Assembly: GCF_038025025.1 (NCBI RefSeq)
Contig: NW_027117338.1
Coordinates: 2,852,001 to 2,916,000 of the forward strand
Length of the DNA: 64,000 nt
Reading direction: 5' to 3'
Origin: Phyllosticta citribraziliensis
Taxonomy: Eukaryota
Shown: in pieces, positions 1 through 11,581 of the stretch
How positions within the stretch are numbered: the first letter of the stretch is position 1
Layout of the letters: every line of letters starts with the position of its first letter
Notes under the pieces: model-generated
What the model was told of the DNA's origin: nothing
Seen by the model: only the letters and a program-made list of their open reading frames with translations
Databases searched by the model: none
Translations under genes and position numbers: made by a program

Positions 1-1
1 C

Positions 2-808
2 GCCTCGACCTTCAACTTCTCCATGCCCGAGGGCATGCCCAATGGCCAGTACACGCTTGCGTGGACCTGGTTCAACAAGGTCGGCAACCGCGAGATGTAC
101 ATGAACTGCGCCCCCATCAAGGTCACCGGCGGCGCCGACAACAACGACGTCTACAGCAAGCTCCCCGACATGTTCGTCGCCAACCTGCCCGCCGAGGAGT
201 GCGCGATTCCCGAGAACGAAAACTTTGACTTCCCCAACCCCGGCGACTCGGTCGTCACCGCCGAGTCCACCTCGGTTGGCGCCAGCCTCTCTGGAAGCAA
301 CTGCGCCGCCGTCACCATCAAGGGCGCCGGTGCTGGCAAGGCTGGCTCTGTTGCCTCTCCCACTGGCGACTCTGGCGCTGGTGCCACGTCTGCTCCCGCG
401 CAAACCACGCCCGCCTACGCCTCTCCTGCAAAGTCGACTCCGGCCGTCAACACGGGCGGCGTCTTTGCTCCCGGCGCGTCGAGCGCCGCCCAGCAGACAT
501 CATCGGCGGCGGCCGTTCCCGTCACCACCCCTGTCGCCGCCTCGACCCCTGCCACGGCCGCCGCTCCCGCCGGCACCGGCAGCTCCAGCTGCGTCCCCTG
601 CTCGACCGACGGCGCCGTCGTCTGCATGGGCTCGTCGCAGTTCGGCCTCTGCAACTGGGGCTGCGCCGTGCCTCAGGCCGTCGCCTCCGGCACCTCGTGC
701 ACCGACGGCAAGATTGTGCGCCGCGACGGCCGCGTCCTTCAGCGCAGCCACCTTCGCCGCGCGCACGACCGCGCCCTCGCCGTGGCCAAGCACCAGCACC
801 ACGCTTAA
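2..808 (+). CDS. AA11-type lytic polysaccharide monooxygenase, 3' part (5' end outside window), with S/T/A/P linker and C-terminal Cys-rich X278-like module
   Basis: The frame is open from base 2. YTLAWTWFNKVGNREMYMNCAPI is typical of AA11 catalytic domains. A low-complexity linker precedes CSTDGAVVC...FGLCNWGC...GTSCTDG. The N-terminal His brace is not visible. Confidence 0.8.
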   Translation, partial: ASTFNFSMPEGMPNGQYTLAWTWFNKVGNREMYMNCAPIKVTGGADNNDVYSKLPDMFVANLPAEECAIPENENFDFPNPGDSVVTAESTSVGASLSGSNCAAVTIKGAGAGKAGSVASPTGDSGAGATSAPAQTTPAYASPAKSTPAVNTGGVFAPGASSAAQQTSSAAAVPVTTPVAASTPATAAAPAGTGSSSCVPCSTDGAVVCMGSSQFGLCNWGCAVPQAVASGTSCTDGKIVRRDGRVLQRSHLRRAHDRALAVAKHQHHA

Positions 809-1540
809 GCGTGCGAGCCGTTCGTTCGTTCCCGCGTGCGCCGTCTGCCTGGCGCTCTCGGTGTGTACATATTGCGTGGTACATAGGGGTACAGGACCAG
901 CCAGCGAGCAAGCTAGCAGCTAGCAGCTAGCCACCACCATCGACGCTCTCTGTTGACCAGGCGAGATGTCAACCTGTTGCTGCTCTGCTGCTGCAGGCCT
1001 GTGGTTGGTGACGAGGATGAGATCATGATCAAAAACTTCACTTCTTCCCATCCGGGGGGCACCGCCTCTTCATGCGAGGACGGCCTCTCTTTTTTTCTGC
1101 TTCTTCCCCTTCGCAACCTTCTCTTCTGCGACTCGTTGTTGCGTTATTCGCATCTAGGGGGCGTTTCCAACCGTTCACTCCAGCGTCGTCGTCTTCTGTC
1201 CTTCACCGCTCCTACTTCCTTCCTTCCTTCTTTTCTCGTCAATCTGTCGCGCCCCGGCATACGCAACCAAGCGAAGCAACTGAACAACATTGTCTGACAA
1301 TGGGGGGATGGAGTTGGGGCTGGGTGGGTGGAGGAGGACAACACAAAGCAGGGCGGCTTCTAGCATACAGGCAGGCACGGACCGAAAATAGCATTCTGGC
1401 ATGGCACTTTCTTGCGCCTACTTCCTTTTCTTTCTTCACTTGCTTTACTTTTCATGATGGGTGTGTTTCGTGTACGCGACGACCTCTGTCCTTTGTTATA
1501 TGCTTTGTTCGTGAGAGGGGGAAAATGGGCGTCGTGCCGT

Positions 1541-1570
1541 GGTGGTGGTGGTGGTGGTGGTGGTGGTGGT
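1541..1570. repeat. (GGT)10 microsatellite
   Basis: Read directly from the sequence. Confidence 0.95.
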
Positions 1571-4150
1571 CTTTCTCCACATGTTTTCTCGTCTGCGGCG
1601 CTGGATATGCATCATCATCATCATACATACATAGCATAGCGGCATAGCCTATATCCTTTCTTCTACTTCTTGTACAAAATTCAATCAATCACGCAACGCA
1701 GTCTTGCAAACTCCAGTCCGTACGTCCTTCTCTCGCCTACGTATGTTGCCCTTCAGGCCCTTCCCTCTCTTGGAAAAGTGTACATGGTGTGCTGATCTGA
1801 TGTGACATGATGTACATACAGGTAGTGCGTCTCGTCGCCCTTGCTCCTCCCGCTCCCCATCCTCCTCCTCGTCCCCTCTCCCAGCCCCCCGCCCTCGACT
1901 CTCTGCACGTTGACGCGAAAGAAGAAGCGTGCATCACATACTCCCTCGCTCGCCCCGCTCCCCACAGATACTTGCATATGGTGCGACGGCGACGGCGACG
2001 CAGACGGACGCTCCAACAGTCTACTGCTTGCGTCGTCGTGGTCTGCACCGTCGTCCCGGTGCTTTGATGCTTTGATTCCCAGCCGCCCCCAACGAATCAA
2101 CCCGCCACACAGAGAACACGAAGTAGATGAAGCTGTGCGCGTAGTCTACATACCTCTCGACGTAAACATCGCCGCTTCAGTCGTCGTCGTCGTCGTCGTC
2201 GTATGACAAACTCCGCACAGGTCGAGTCCATCGAGTCCAGCGCCCTGCTGTACTGCGCCGTACTGCGCTGTGCTTGCTGTGCCTCGACCGTTTTGTGTTT
2301 CGGTGTACAGTACAGGCAAACATACATGTACATGTGGTCGGGTGGCACGATTGATGTCTGTTCCCGCATCTGGGCGGTTGGACAAGGTGGGGACGGTGCG
2401 AGGAGGGGAGTTGATGTGGGTGGGAGATCTGGCTGTCCGTCTGTCTCTGTCGATGTGGAGAGGAACAGGTGGAAAGGAAAAGTTGGCACGGCTCGTTGAC
2501 AGATGTCGGCGACGATCCAACAAACGACGGACAGAAAGACAGACAGCATCCCAGCCACCTACCTACCTAACCTGCCTACCTCTCTACTCTCCATCAATCA
2601 CCCCACACATCCCCATCCCCTTCCCCTCAACCCTCCCCTCCTCCCCTTTGCCACCCGCACAGCCCGACCAAACCCTCCCCTGACCATCACCACAACCCAC
2701 AACCCAAAAGCCGTCGCGTCGTGTGGCGGCGTGTCGTCGTCGTCCACGCCAAGCCCAAAGCTAAGCGGCCGAGCAGCGGCCCTGCCCGCAGCCCGTCCGA
2801 AACACGGTCCCCTGAACCTTAATCTCGCGTGCTGCGTCAAGTCGAGTCATGTCTTCGTTTGCTTGGTGTGGCTGGTGATTGGCCGAGGGCGCGCCGATGG
2901 GTGCGGGACGGCGTGCGGGAGAGACGCAGGGAACATGGGGGAGGAGAAGAGGGTGGTGGTGGGATGAGCAGGGGATGGGGAGATGTTGGTTGAGGGTAAG
3001 GGCGTGGGGTTTGGTTGAGGAGCGGAGATGGGAGATGAAGACATGAGAGACGAGAGAGGGGTGTTGGGGAGGGATGTGATGGAGGCTGGGTAGTAAAGGC
3101 CGTGGTAGTTGCTTCTGCCACCACGAACGGTGTACCTGACAGGAAGGTCGCAACAGAGCGTGTGATCAAAACTCGCAAGAAAAACCAAGCCGGCATCGTC
3201 GTCGCATCTGCCGCACGTCCAGATCGCGCCCAGCAGACGAGATTGGCGCTCCCCGTGCGGACGACCCTGCGCAATGGCTCCAGATTGGCGATTGACATCC
3301 CAATGTCCGAGTCATGGTCTTTGCGAAGACGCGGGTGAGACGTGCGGATGGGGCGAGAGATGAACGAATATCGTCCGGTTGCTTTTTGTGATGAGGATGG
3401 GGTGTGCAGGTGTTGTGCCTGCCCCTTTTGCGGGGCGGCCAGTGAAGGCGCTTAGTTGATGGGAAATGGGAGATGATGCACTGTTTTCTTGGGGGATGGA
3501 TGCTTGGGGATGTGTCGATGTCAAGGCCGTGCCGAGGTGTTTGCAATGCAGGTTCATGAGGTGCCAACTATGAAGTCGACGTGGGAGATGAGAGTTTGGT
3601 GTTGAATGTAGTGGACTGTTGCATCTGTGACTGGCCTTAGATTGGCGTTCTTGACAAAGCGTAGGGACATTGATATCAGTGACTAAGGTAGACTTCAGGA
3701 AATACAGTGCAGTCTTCTGGATATGATGAATGAGATGGCAGTCAAGTCCTGGCCGCAGTGTTGCGCCCGCGACCCAAAAGAGCTAGCGCAGGCGCGTCGT
3801 TAGCGCCGCTCGCTTAGGGCACGTGCCACCTGCAGCCTCTACTTAAGGCCGGCGGGCCCCCCTCCCCTCCGCTTCTTTTCTTCTTCATCCAGGTGCTCGG
3901 GCATTACGCGTATCAGTGAGGATTCGTCCGAGATCGCGTTTTTGCTAGTTGAAAACTACAACTAATGACCGCTTTTGTTGGTCTTCGGATCGGCAAGGAA
4001 TCTTTGGAACTCTGCTCTTGGCCTTGACCGGCCAGCCCGCTTTTCTTCGTCGTGCGTATTCGCCTTGCGCGGGTCCTCGGAGAAGATGCGTCCAACTTTG
4101 CTCACTGCGACCAAGGCTCTTTGCTGGAGTCCGTCTCGCCTGCCGCCACC

Positions 4151-5298
4151 ATGACTGGCACCGTTCTCATCACTGGCGGTCTGCTGCTTGCTCGCTGTCT
4201 TTGTCGTGATGGGCTGACCTCCGCCAGGCACTGGTCTGCTGGGTCGCCAGGTTGTCCGCGAATTTGTGTCGCGAGGCTGGAAGGCTGTTGGGACTGGATT
4301 GACGCGCGCCGACGCGTCGTCTACCCTCAAGCTCGATCTGCTCAACCACGGCGACGTGGAGAAGACGCTGGACGACATCAGGTGAGTGCTTCGCCATGCC
4401 AACGTCCGTGTCCTTGCTGATGGCGTCAAAGACCCGATGTCATCGTTCATTGTACGTGCTATTATTCCGAGTCTAGCGCTCCCATTCACAGGCCCCAGGT
4501 GCTGCAAACCGTTTCCCAGACTCTTGTTCCTCCAACCCTGACGGAGCGCGCGCCATCAATGTCGACGCCCCGGCCACACTGGCCCGTCTGGCAAGCCGCC
4601 GCAACATTTTTCTGCTCTACATAAGCACCGACTACGTCTTCCCCGGTACGCCTGGCGAGGCCCCATACGCGCCCGCCCATCCGCCCGATCCTCCAAACAT
4701 GTACGGCTTGACAAAGTGGGAGGGCGAAAAGGCGGTGCTGGAGGCCGCCGGTACAACAGAACAGGACGTGAGGCCTCTTTCTGCGGTGCTTCGCGTGCCT
4801 GTGCTCTACGGCAAGGCGCTGCGGCCTTCAGAATCGGCCGTCAACGTCCTGGTTGAGCAGATTCAAAAGGCCGCTGCGCTGGAGCCGTCCGAGCCCCGCA
4901 TCGCCATGGACCACTACGCCCAGCGCTACCCGACAAACACGTCCCAGGTCGCCCGCGTCTGCTTCGACATTTGCGAGCTGTACACGGCAAGGAGACAGCC
5001 TGCCGCCCAGTGGGGACAAGCAAAGCTCCCTGAGATATTGCACTTTTCGTCCGAGGACAAGATGACCAAGTACGAGATTTGTCAGGTCTTGGGGGATATT
5101 CTGGGCTTGCCGCTCGACGGTCTCGAGCCTTACACGCCGTCGCAGGAGCAGCTGGCGAGGGAAGAGAGTGAGGGCAACACGAAGAGGCCTTATGACTGCC
5201 ACTTGGACACGGCAGAGACCAAGGCTTTGGGAATTGATGTGAGCACCGTCAATTTCAGAAATTGGTGGCGGAAGGAACTTGGTGCGTATCGGCACTGA
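4151..5298 (+). CDS. RmlD-like extended SDR / methionine adenosyltransferase II beta subunit-like protein
   Basis: Exons 4151-4178, 4228-4381, 4432-4451, 4499-5298 give MTGTVLITGGTGLLG (GxxGxxG), PDVIVHCAANRFPD, ISTDYVF, YGLTK (YxxxK), LRVPVLYG, RYPT, RPYDCHL. Confidence 0.85.
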
Positions 5299-5594
5299 TG
5301 GGATATGGATGGCGTTGCTAGGGACATGGGCGGCATCTTGCTACCTTTGCGCGATTGTGATTTTTCTCCCTTTCTTTCATCATTTCGCGCTCTTAGTGTT
5401 CCAACATCGCAACGGATCTTGGTCGTGATGGTCTGAAATGAATGGATGCTTCGTTGATGTTCAGTTGGAAATCAAGTCAAGCGCTCACTTGCGATGCTAG
5501 CTGCAAATCGCCTCCGCTGTGCCTCTGAGGCCACCAATTGATGCCCTGCAGCTGAAGCCAATCCGATGGCCCAAGCGTTGCCAAGTGGTACTTT

Positions 5595-5635
5595 ACGCGT
5601 GCGCGTCTTGAGCGCGTTTCTCGGGAAATTCGCGT
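5595..5635 (+). promoter_or_regulatory. Cluster of MCB-like (ACGCGT/CGCGT) cell-cycle elements upstream of MCM5
   Basis: ACGCGT at 5595-5600 plus three more CGCGT cores within 41 bp, about 80-120 bp before the MCM5 ATG. Confidence 0.6.
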
Positions 5636-5711
5636 CAGCCTTTCAGCGCTTCCGGTCCTGCCCAAAGCACCGCACCGCATCCAAACACAACACCGACACT
5701 CGAACGTCAAG

Positions 5712-7969
5712 ATGGACAGGCAATCAGTCTACAGTCTTGGCCTTTTCCCGCTCAACGACAATGACAACGAGGACAACAACTCTCAAGTCCAGAAGCACTT
5801 GATTGATTTTGTGCTCTCCTATCACGTCGACAACATCTTCATCTACAGGTTCGTCCAGAAGCTTGCGACAGGCTTGTCAATGCTGATTGCCACACAGAGA
5901 CCAGATACGGGAGAATGCTCTCGTGAAGCAATACTTCTGCGACGTGGACATTTCGCACTTGATCAACTACAACGAGGAGCTCGCACACAAGTTGGCAAGC
6001 GCGCCGGCCGACATCATCCCGCTCTTCGAATCCGCGTTGAAGATTTGCACGCAGCGCATCGTATACCCCTCGCAAAAAGACATCAAACTCCCAAACCACC
6101 AGCTCATCCTCCACTCCTCCGCTTCCCAAATCTCCATCAGAGATCTCAACGCGACAAACGTCTCGCACCTCGTCAGAATACCCGGCATCGTCATTGGTGC
6201 CTCCACCCTCTCTTCCAAGGCCACAACTCTCCACATACAATGCCGCAACTGTGGGCACCCCGAAACTTTGCCTGTGACAGGAGGTTTCTCGGGCGTGTCG
6301 CTGCCCAGGACGTGTGGCCGGATTCGGTCAGATGGCGACGCGGGAGAAAAGTGCCCGCTCGACCCGTACTATGTCGTCCACGAAAAGTGTGCATTCATAG
6401 ATCAGCAGGTCTTGAAGCTCCAAGAGGCGCCCGACCAGGTGCCCGTCGGAGAGCTCCCGCGTCACATTCTCATCTCCGCAGACAGGTACCTCTGCAATCG
6501 CGTGGTGCCAGGGTCTCGATGCACGGTCATGGGAATCTTTTCCATTTATCACGCCAAGGGCGGAAAGGGAAACAACGCCGTCGCAATCCGCAATCCCTAC
6601 CTCCGTGCTGTTGGTATACAGTCGGACGTGGACCACACGATGAAGGGCAACGCCACGTTCACCGAGGAAGAGGAGCAAGAGTTTTTGGAGATGAGCAGGA
6701 GGCCGGACCTCTACGAGCTGATGGCAAGATGCATCGCCCCGTCCATCTACGGCAACCAGGACATCAAGAAAGCCATTGCATGTCTACTGTTTGGCGGCTC
6801 GAAGAAAATTTTGCCCGACGGCATGAAGCTGAGAGGAGATATCAACGTGCTCCTTTTGGGTGACCCTGGTACTGCCAAATCCCAATTGCTCAAATTCGTG
6901 GAGAAGGTCGCCCCGATCGCAATCTACACCTCTGGAAAGGGCTCTTCCGCAGCTGGTCTGACGGCCTCGGTGCAACGGGACCACAACACCCGCGAATTCT
7001 ACCTTGAAGGTGGTGCAATGGTGCTTGCCGATGGTGGTGTCGTTTGTATCGACGAGTTTGACAAGATGCGGGACGAGGACCGCGTTGCAATTCACGAAGC
7101 CATGGAGCAGCAGACGATTTCAATTGCAAAGGCCGGTATCACGACTATTCTAAACTCGAGAACGTCCGTCCTTGCGGCAGCCAACCCAATATTCGGCCGG
7201 TACGATGACCTCAAGACTCCGGGCGAAAACATCGACTTCCAGACGACCATTTTGTCTCGTTTCGACATGATTTTCATCGTCCGCGACGAGCACGAGCGCG
7301 GCCGTGACGAGAGGATCGCCAAGCACGTCATGGGGATTCACATGGGCGGCCATGGCGTTGAGGAGCAGGTACAAGCTGAGGTGCCGGTGGAGAAGATGAA
7401 GCGCTACATTACGTATTGCAAGCAGTAAGTTGACACGAGCGCGCTCACCATTGGATTTGGACTGACGTAGTTGTAGGAAATGCGCGCCCCGTCTTTCTGA
7501 CGAAGCCGCGGAGAAGCTGTCATCTCACTTTGTTAGCATCCGCCGACAAGTCCACGCGGCCGAGATGACGGCCAACGCACGGTCATCGATCCCCATTACT
7601 GTCCGCCAGCTCGAAGCCATTGTCCGCATCACCGAGTCGCTGGCCAAGATGACGCTGTCGCCGATTGCGACGGAAGCGCACGTCGACGAGGCGATTCGGC
7701 TTTTCTTGGGCAGCACCATGGACGCCGTCACGCAGGGCGAGGGTCAAGGCAATCGCGATCTCATGACCGAAGTCAACAAGGTGGAGGAACAGCTCCGGGT
7801 GCGTCTGCCCATTGGCTGGACAACCAGCCTGGCGGCGCTGAAGCGAGAATTCGTCGACGTGAAAGGCTACAGCGAGCAAGCGCTGAACCGGGCGCTGGTG
7901 GTGATGCAGAGGCGGGAGACGGTACAAATCCGACGCGGCGGAGCCCAAGTGCACCGCAGTGGCGTGTAG
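5712..7969 (+). CDS. MCM5: DNA replication licensing factor MCM5
   Basis: Exons 5712-5848, 5898-7424, 7477-7969. Zn finger CRNC...C...CPLDP, Walker [29 protein letters not shown], Arg finger [15 protein letters not shown]. Confidence 0.95.
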
Positions 7970-9251
7970 TTGAGAAATTGAGTTTATGGGGAGTAGATGT
8001 TGGGACCTGTAGGGTTAAGGCGTTCCTGGTTTTTTGTTATGCGTTTATGGGGGGGTGGGACGGGTTGGGGCGCGGGTGCAGACCGTTTTTGAACATCACG
8101 GGATCCTCGAGCAGGGATTGGAGGCGCATTGCAGATAGGAAATGATGCCAGATTCTGACCAAGCGCCGACGTGTGGCTAGCGACTTGACGTGCTGTCGTG
8201 CTGAAGAATTGGGTGTGCTAGAGTCTAGACACCCAAGATGAGGCCAGGCGCGGCGCGGCGAGGCGAGGCGACGAGAGGCAGTCGAGGGAGGGCTCAGCTA
8301 TCCCCACAGCAGCCGACAGGGTCAGGTCAATGTAGTGGTGTGTCGCCAAGGGGTCCTCGGCGACAGCGACAGCGACAGGGAGGGCAGATGGACTCGGACC
8401 GACTTGCCCCAGGCCAGCTCCACCCCGCACTGATGGAGTTATGGAGCGGAGAGCGGAGACTGGAGGGACAATCAGTGCCCTGGAGGCGATGATGACGATG
8501 TGGGGGATCGTAGCACACGGTCGTCGATCCGTCGATGGGATGGCGACTCGACCATTGATTGCAAACAAACAAGCACACCGGACGGACAGACAGACAGATC
8601 CACGCACAGGGATGGCGTCCGAGGCCAGCCGGGGTGCGGGCGGGCGGGGTGGAATCGGAGAGGAGGACGAGGAGTGCAGTGCTGCACCTCACGCTGTGGG
8701 TACAGTAGCTCTCACCACCGTCTCGACGCACGTAAGCGCGACGATGGGCAGCCATTTATGTCGGCCAGGGCAGGCCTGTGCCACCGCAGCTCGTGACGGA
8801 TGGCCGCAATCAGCAATCAGCAAGCAATCAGGAGAGGCTCGCAGTCCCAGGCCAAGGTCAAGGTCGTGGTCATGGAAGCTCTGACGTTGGTAACCAGGAT
8901 CCTGCGCCTTTAGCCGCCCTCGGTCCTGCACTCACGCCTTGAGCTTCTCACTCTTCCTCTTCCCTTCGCCTCCTCCTCCTCATCTCAACATCGACAACTC
9001 CCCCCAATTGCCCCCTCCGCCTGCGCCGCTGCACGCGACTGCCATTCCCGGCCACCCACAAGCAAGACGAATTCCTCGTCGCCGGGACCAGACTAGACCT
9101 CTCCCGCTCCATTCCTCCACACCTTACCACAGCTTCTCCACGCTGTACCACCTTCCGCTTGCCATTGTCCCGCCTCGCCAAGCTCGAATTACTTTACTCG
9201 TCCGCCGTCTCAACCATTCTGACCTAGATCACTTCTCCCCAGACACACACC

Positions 9252-11581
9252 ATGGCAGAGCCCGCCGCGCGAGACGTAGCCAATCACGTCCTGTTCGAGA
9301 TCGCGACGGAGGTGGCCAATCGAGGCAAGCTGCACCCATCTACAACGCCAAGGGCTCAAGCTGACAGTCTTTCCCAGTCGGAGGCATCTATTCCGTCCTC
9401 AAGTCCAAGGCTCAGGTCACGACTGCCGAATATGGAGCTTCCTACACGCTCCTCGGACCATGGAACCGTGCCTCGGCCACCGTCGAAGTCGAAGAGCTGC
9501 CGCCTCGAGACCCGGCGCTCATTGAGACAATCAAGGCCATGAACGAGCGCGGCATTGCTACCCTGTACGGACGCTGGCTCATTGACGGCGCTCCCCGCGT
9601 TTTGCTCTTCGACACGGGCACGGCCTACAAGTACCTTGACGAGTGGAAGGGCGATTTGTGGTCCACGGCTGGCATTCCTTCGCCACCCGGAGACGGCGAG
9701 ACCAACGAGACCATTGTCTTTGGATACCTAATTGCATGGTTCTTGGGAGAGGTAATCCCGATCCCTGCTGGCACAGTCAAGGTTCCCCGAGCTAATCGCC
9801 TCTAGTACGTCTGGCACGAGAAGAAGCGCGCGGTGGTTGCTCAATTCCACGAATGGCTTGCTGGTGTTGCAATTCCGCTCTGCAAGAAGCGACGCATCGA
9901 TGTTACGACCATCTTCACGACGCACGCGACGCTGCTTGGGCGGTATCTGTGTGCCGGCTCCGTCGACTTTTACAACAACCTGCAATACTTTGACGTGGAC
10001 GCAGAAGCTGGAAAGCGAGGCATTTACCACAGATATTGCATCGAGAGAGCGGCGGCTCACTCTGCGGATGTCTTCACAACCGTTTCGCACATTACTGCGT
10101 ACGAGAGCGAGCATCTCCTCAAGCGCAAGCCCGATGGCGTTTTGCCCAATGGGCTCAACGTCAAAAAGTTCTCCGCCACCCACGAGTTCCAGAACTTGCA
10201 TCAGCAGGCAAAGATAAAAATCAACGACTTTGTTCGGGGCCACTTCTACGGACACAACGATTTCGACCCAGAAAACACGCTGTACTTCTTCACCGCCGGC
10301 CGCTATGAGTACCGGAACAAGGGCGTTGACATGTTCATCGAGTCGTTGGCTCGTCTGAACCACCGGATGAAGAGCGCCAACTCGAATACGACCGTGGTCG
10401 CGTTCATCATCATGCCTGCGCAAACCTCGTCCTTGACGGTCGAGGCCCTCAAGGGCCAGGCCGTCATCAAGTCCCTTCATGACACGATTGACGTTATTTC
10501 GAAGAACGTGGGCAAGAAGTTGTTTGAGCGGTCGCTTGCCTGGCACGAGGGAATGGACCTTCCAGAAGACAAGGAACTCATTAGCTCCGCAGACAAGGTC
10601 ATGCTTCGCCGTCGACTGTTCGCCATGAAGCGCCACGGCCTTCCCCCGATTGTCACTCACAACATGGTCAACGACCATGACGACCCCATCCTCAACCAGA
10701 TCCGACGGTGTCAGTTGTTCAACCATCCAACGGACAGGGTCAAGATTGTCTTCCACCCCGAGTTTCTGAACTCTGCCAACCCTGTGCTCCCAATGGACTA
10801 CGATGACTTTGTGCGCGGCACGCACCTGGGTGTCTTTTCTTCGTACTACGAGCCTTGGGGATACACTCCGGCCGAGTGCACCGTCATGGGCGTTCCGAGC
10901 ATCACCACCAATCTGTCCGGATTCGGATGCTACATGGAGGAGCTGATTGAGAATGCACAAGACTACGGCATTTACATCGTTGACAGGCGGATGAAGGGCG
11001 TTGATGATTCGGTCAACCAGCTTTCGGATTACATGTTTGAGTTTACCAAGAAGAGCAAGCGCCAGCGCATCAACCAGCGCAACCGGACGGAGAGATTGAG
11101 CGACTTGCTCGACTGGAAGAGGATGGGCATGGAGTACGTCAAGGCTCGGCAATTAGCCCTGCGCAGAGGTAAGCTTGCGTCGAAGAGACTGCACAAGATG
11201 GCTGTACTAACAATGGCGGCAGCGTACCCCGATGCCTTTGAGGGAGATGTTGAGAGCGACTTTTTCGGAGCGGCCGAAGTCAAGATTTCTCGACCACTGT
11301 CGGAGCCAGGGTCTCCCAGAGACCGGTCCGGCATGATGACGCCTGGAGACTTTGCTTCGCTGCAAGAAGGACGCGAGGGACTGAGCACGGAGGACTACAT
11401 TGCGTGGAGGCTTCCGTAAGTGACTTGTTTGTGAGATTCGGGTGTTGTGCAGAGCTGACAGTATGACAGAGAGGAAGAGGACCCCGAGGAGTATCCGTTC
11501 CCGTTGACGCTGAAGACGAAAAAGCCGTCAGAGGGAGCCCTGTCGCCGGGCTTCTCGCCCGCGGTCAACGGTGCTTCTTAG
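9252..11581 (+). CDS. GSY1: Glycogen synthase (GT3)
   Basis: Introns 9325-9377 (GC-AG), 9752-9805, 11169-11222, 11416-11469. Motifs [56 protein letters not shown], and the C-terminal phospho-region [10 protein letters not shown]...MTPGD. Confidence 0.96.

Noticed and set aside
810..4150. Many 60-190 aa ORFs in the gap after the LPMO gene
   Set aside because: Low-complexity, microsatellite-derived translations with no recognisable motif or coherent splice model.
8142..8205. Box C/D snoRNA-like ATGATGC...CTGA...CTGA
   Set aside because: Imperfect box C, no terminal stem and no recognisable rRNA-complementary guide.
9728..11152. 474-aa antisense ORF over glycogen synthase (similarly 38108-39460 over the MFS gene)
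   Set aside because: Expected shadow ORFs from strong GC3 codon bias on the real coding strand.
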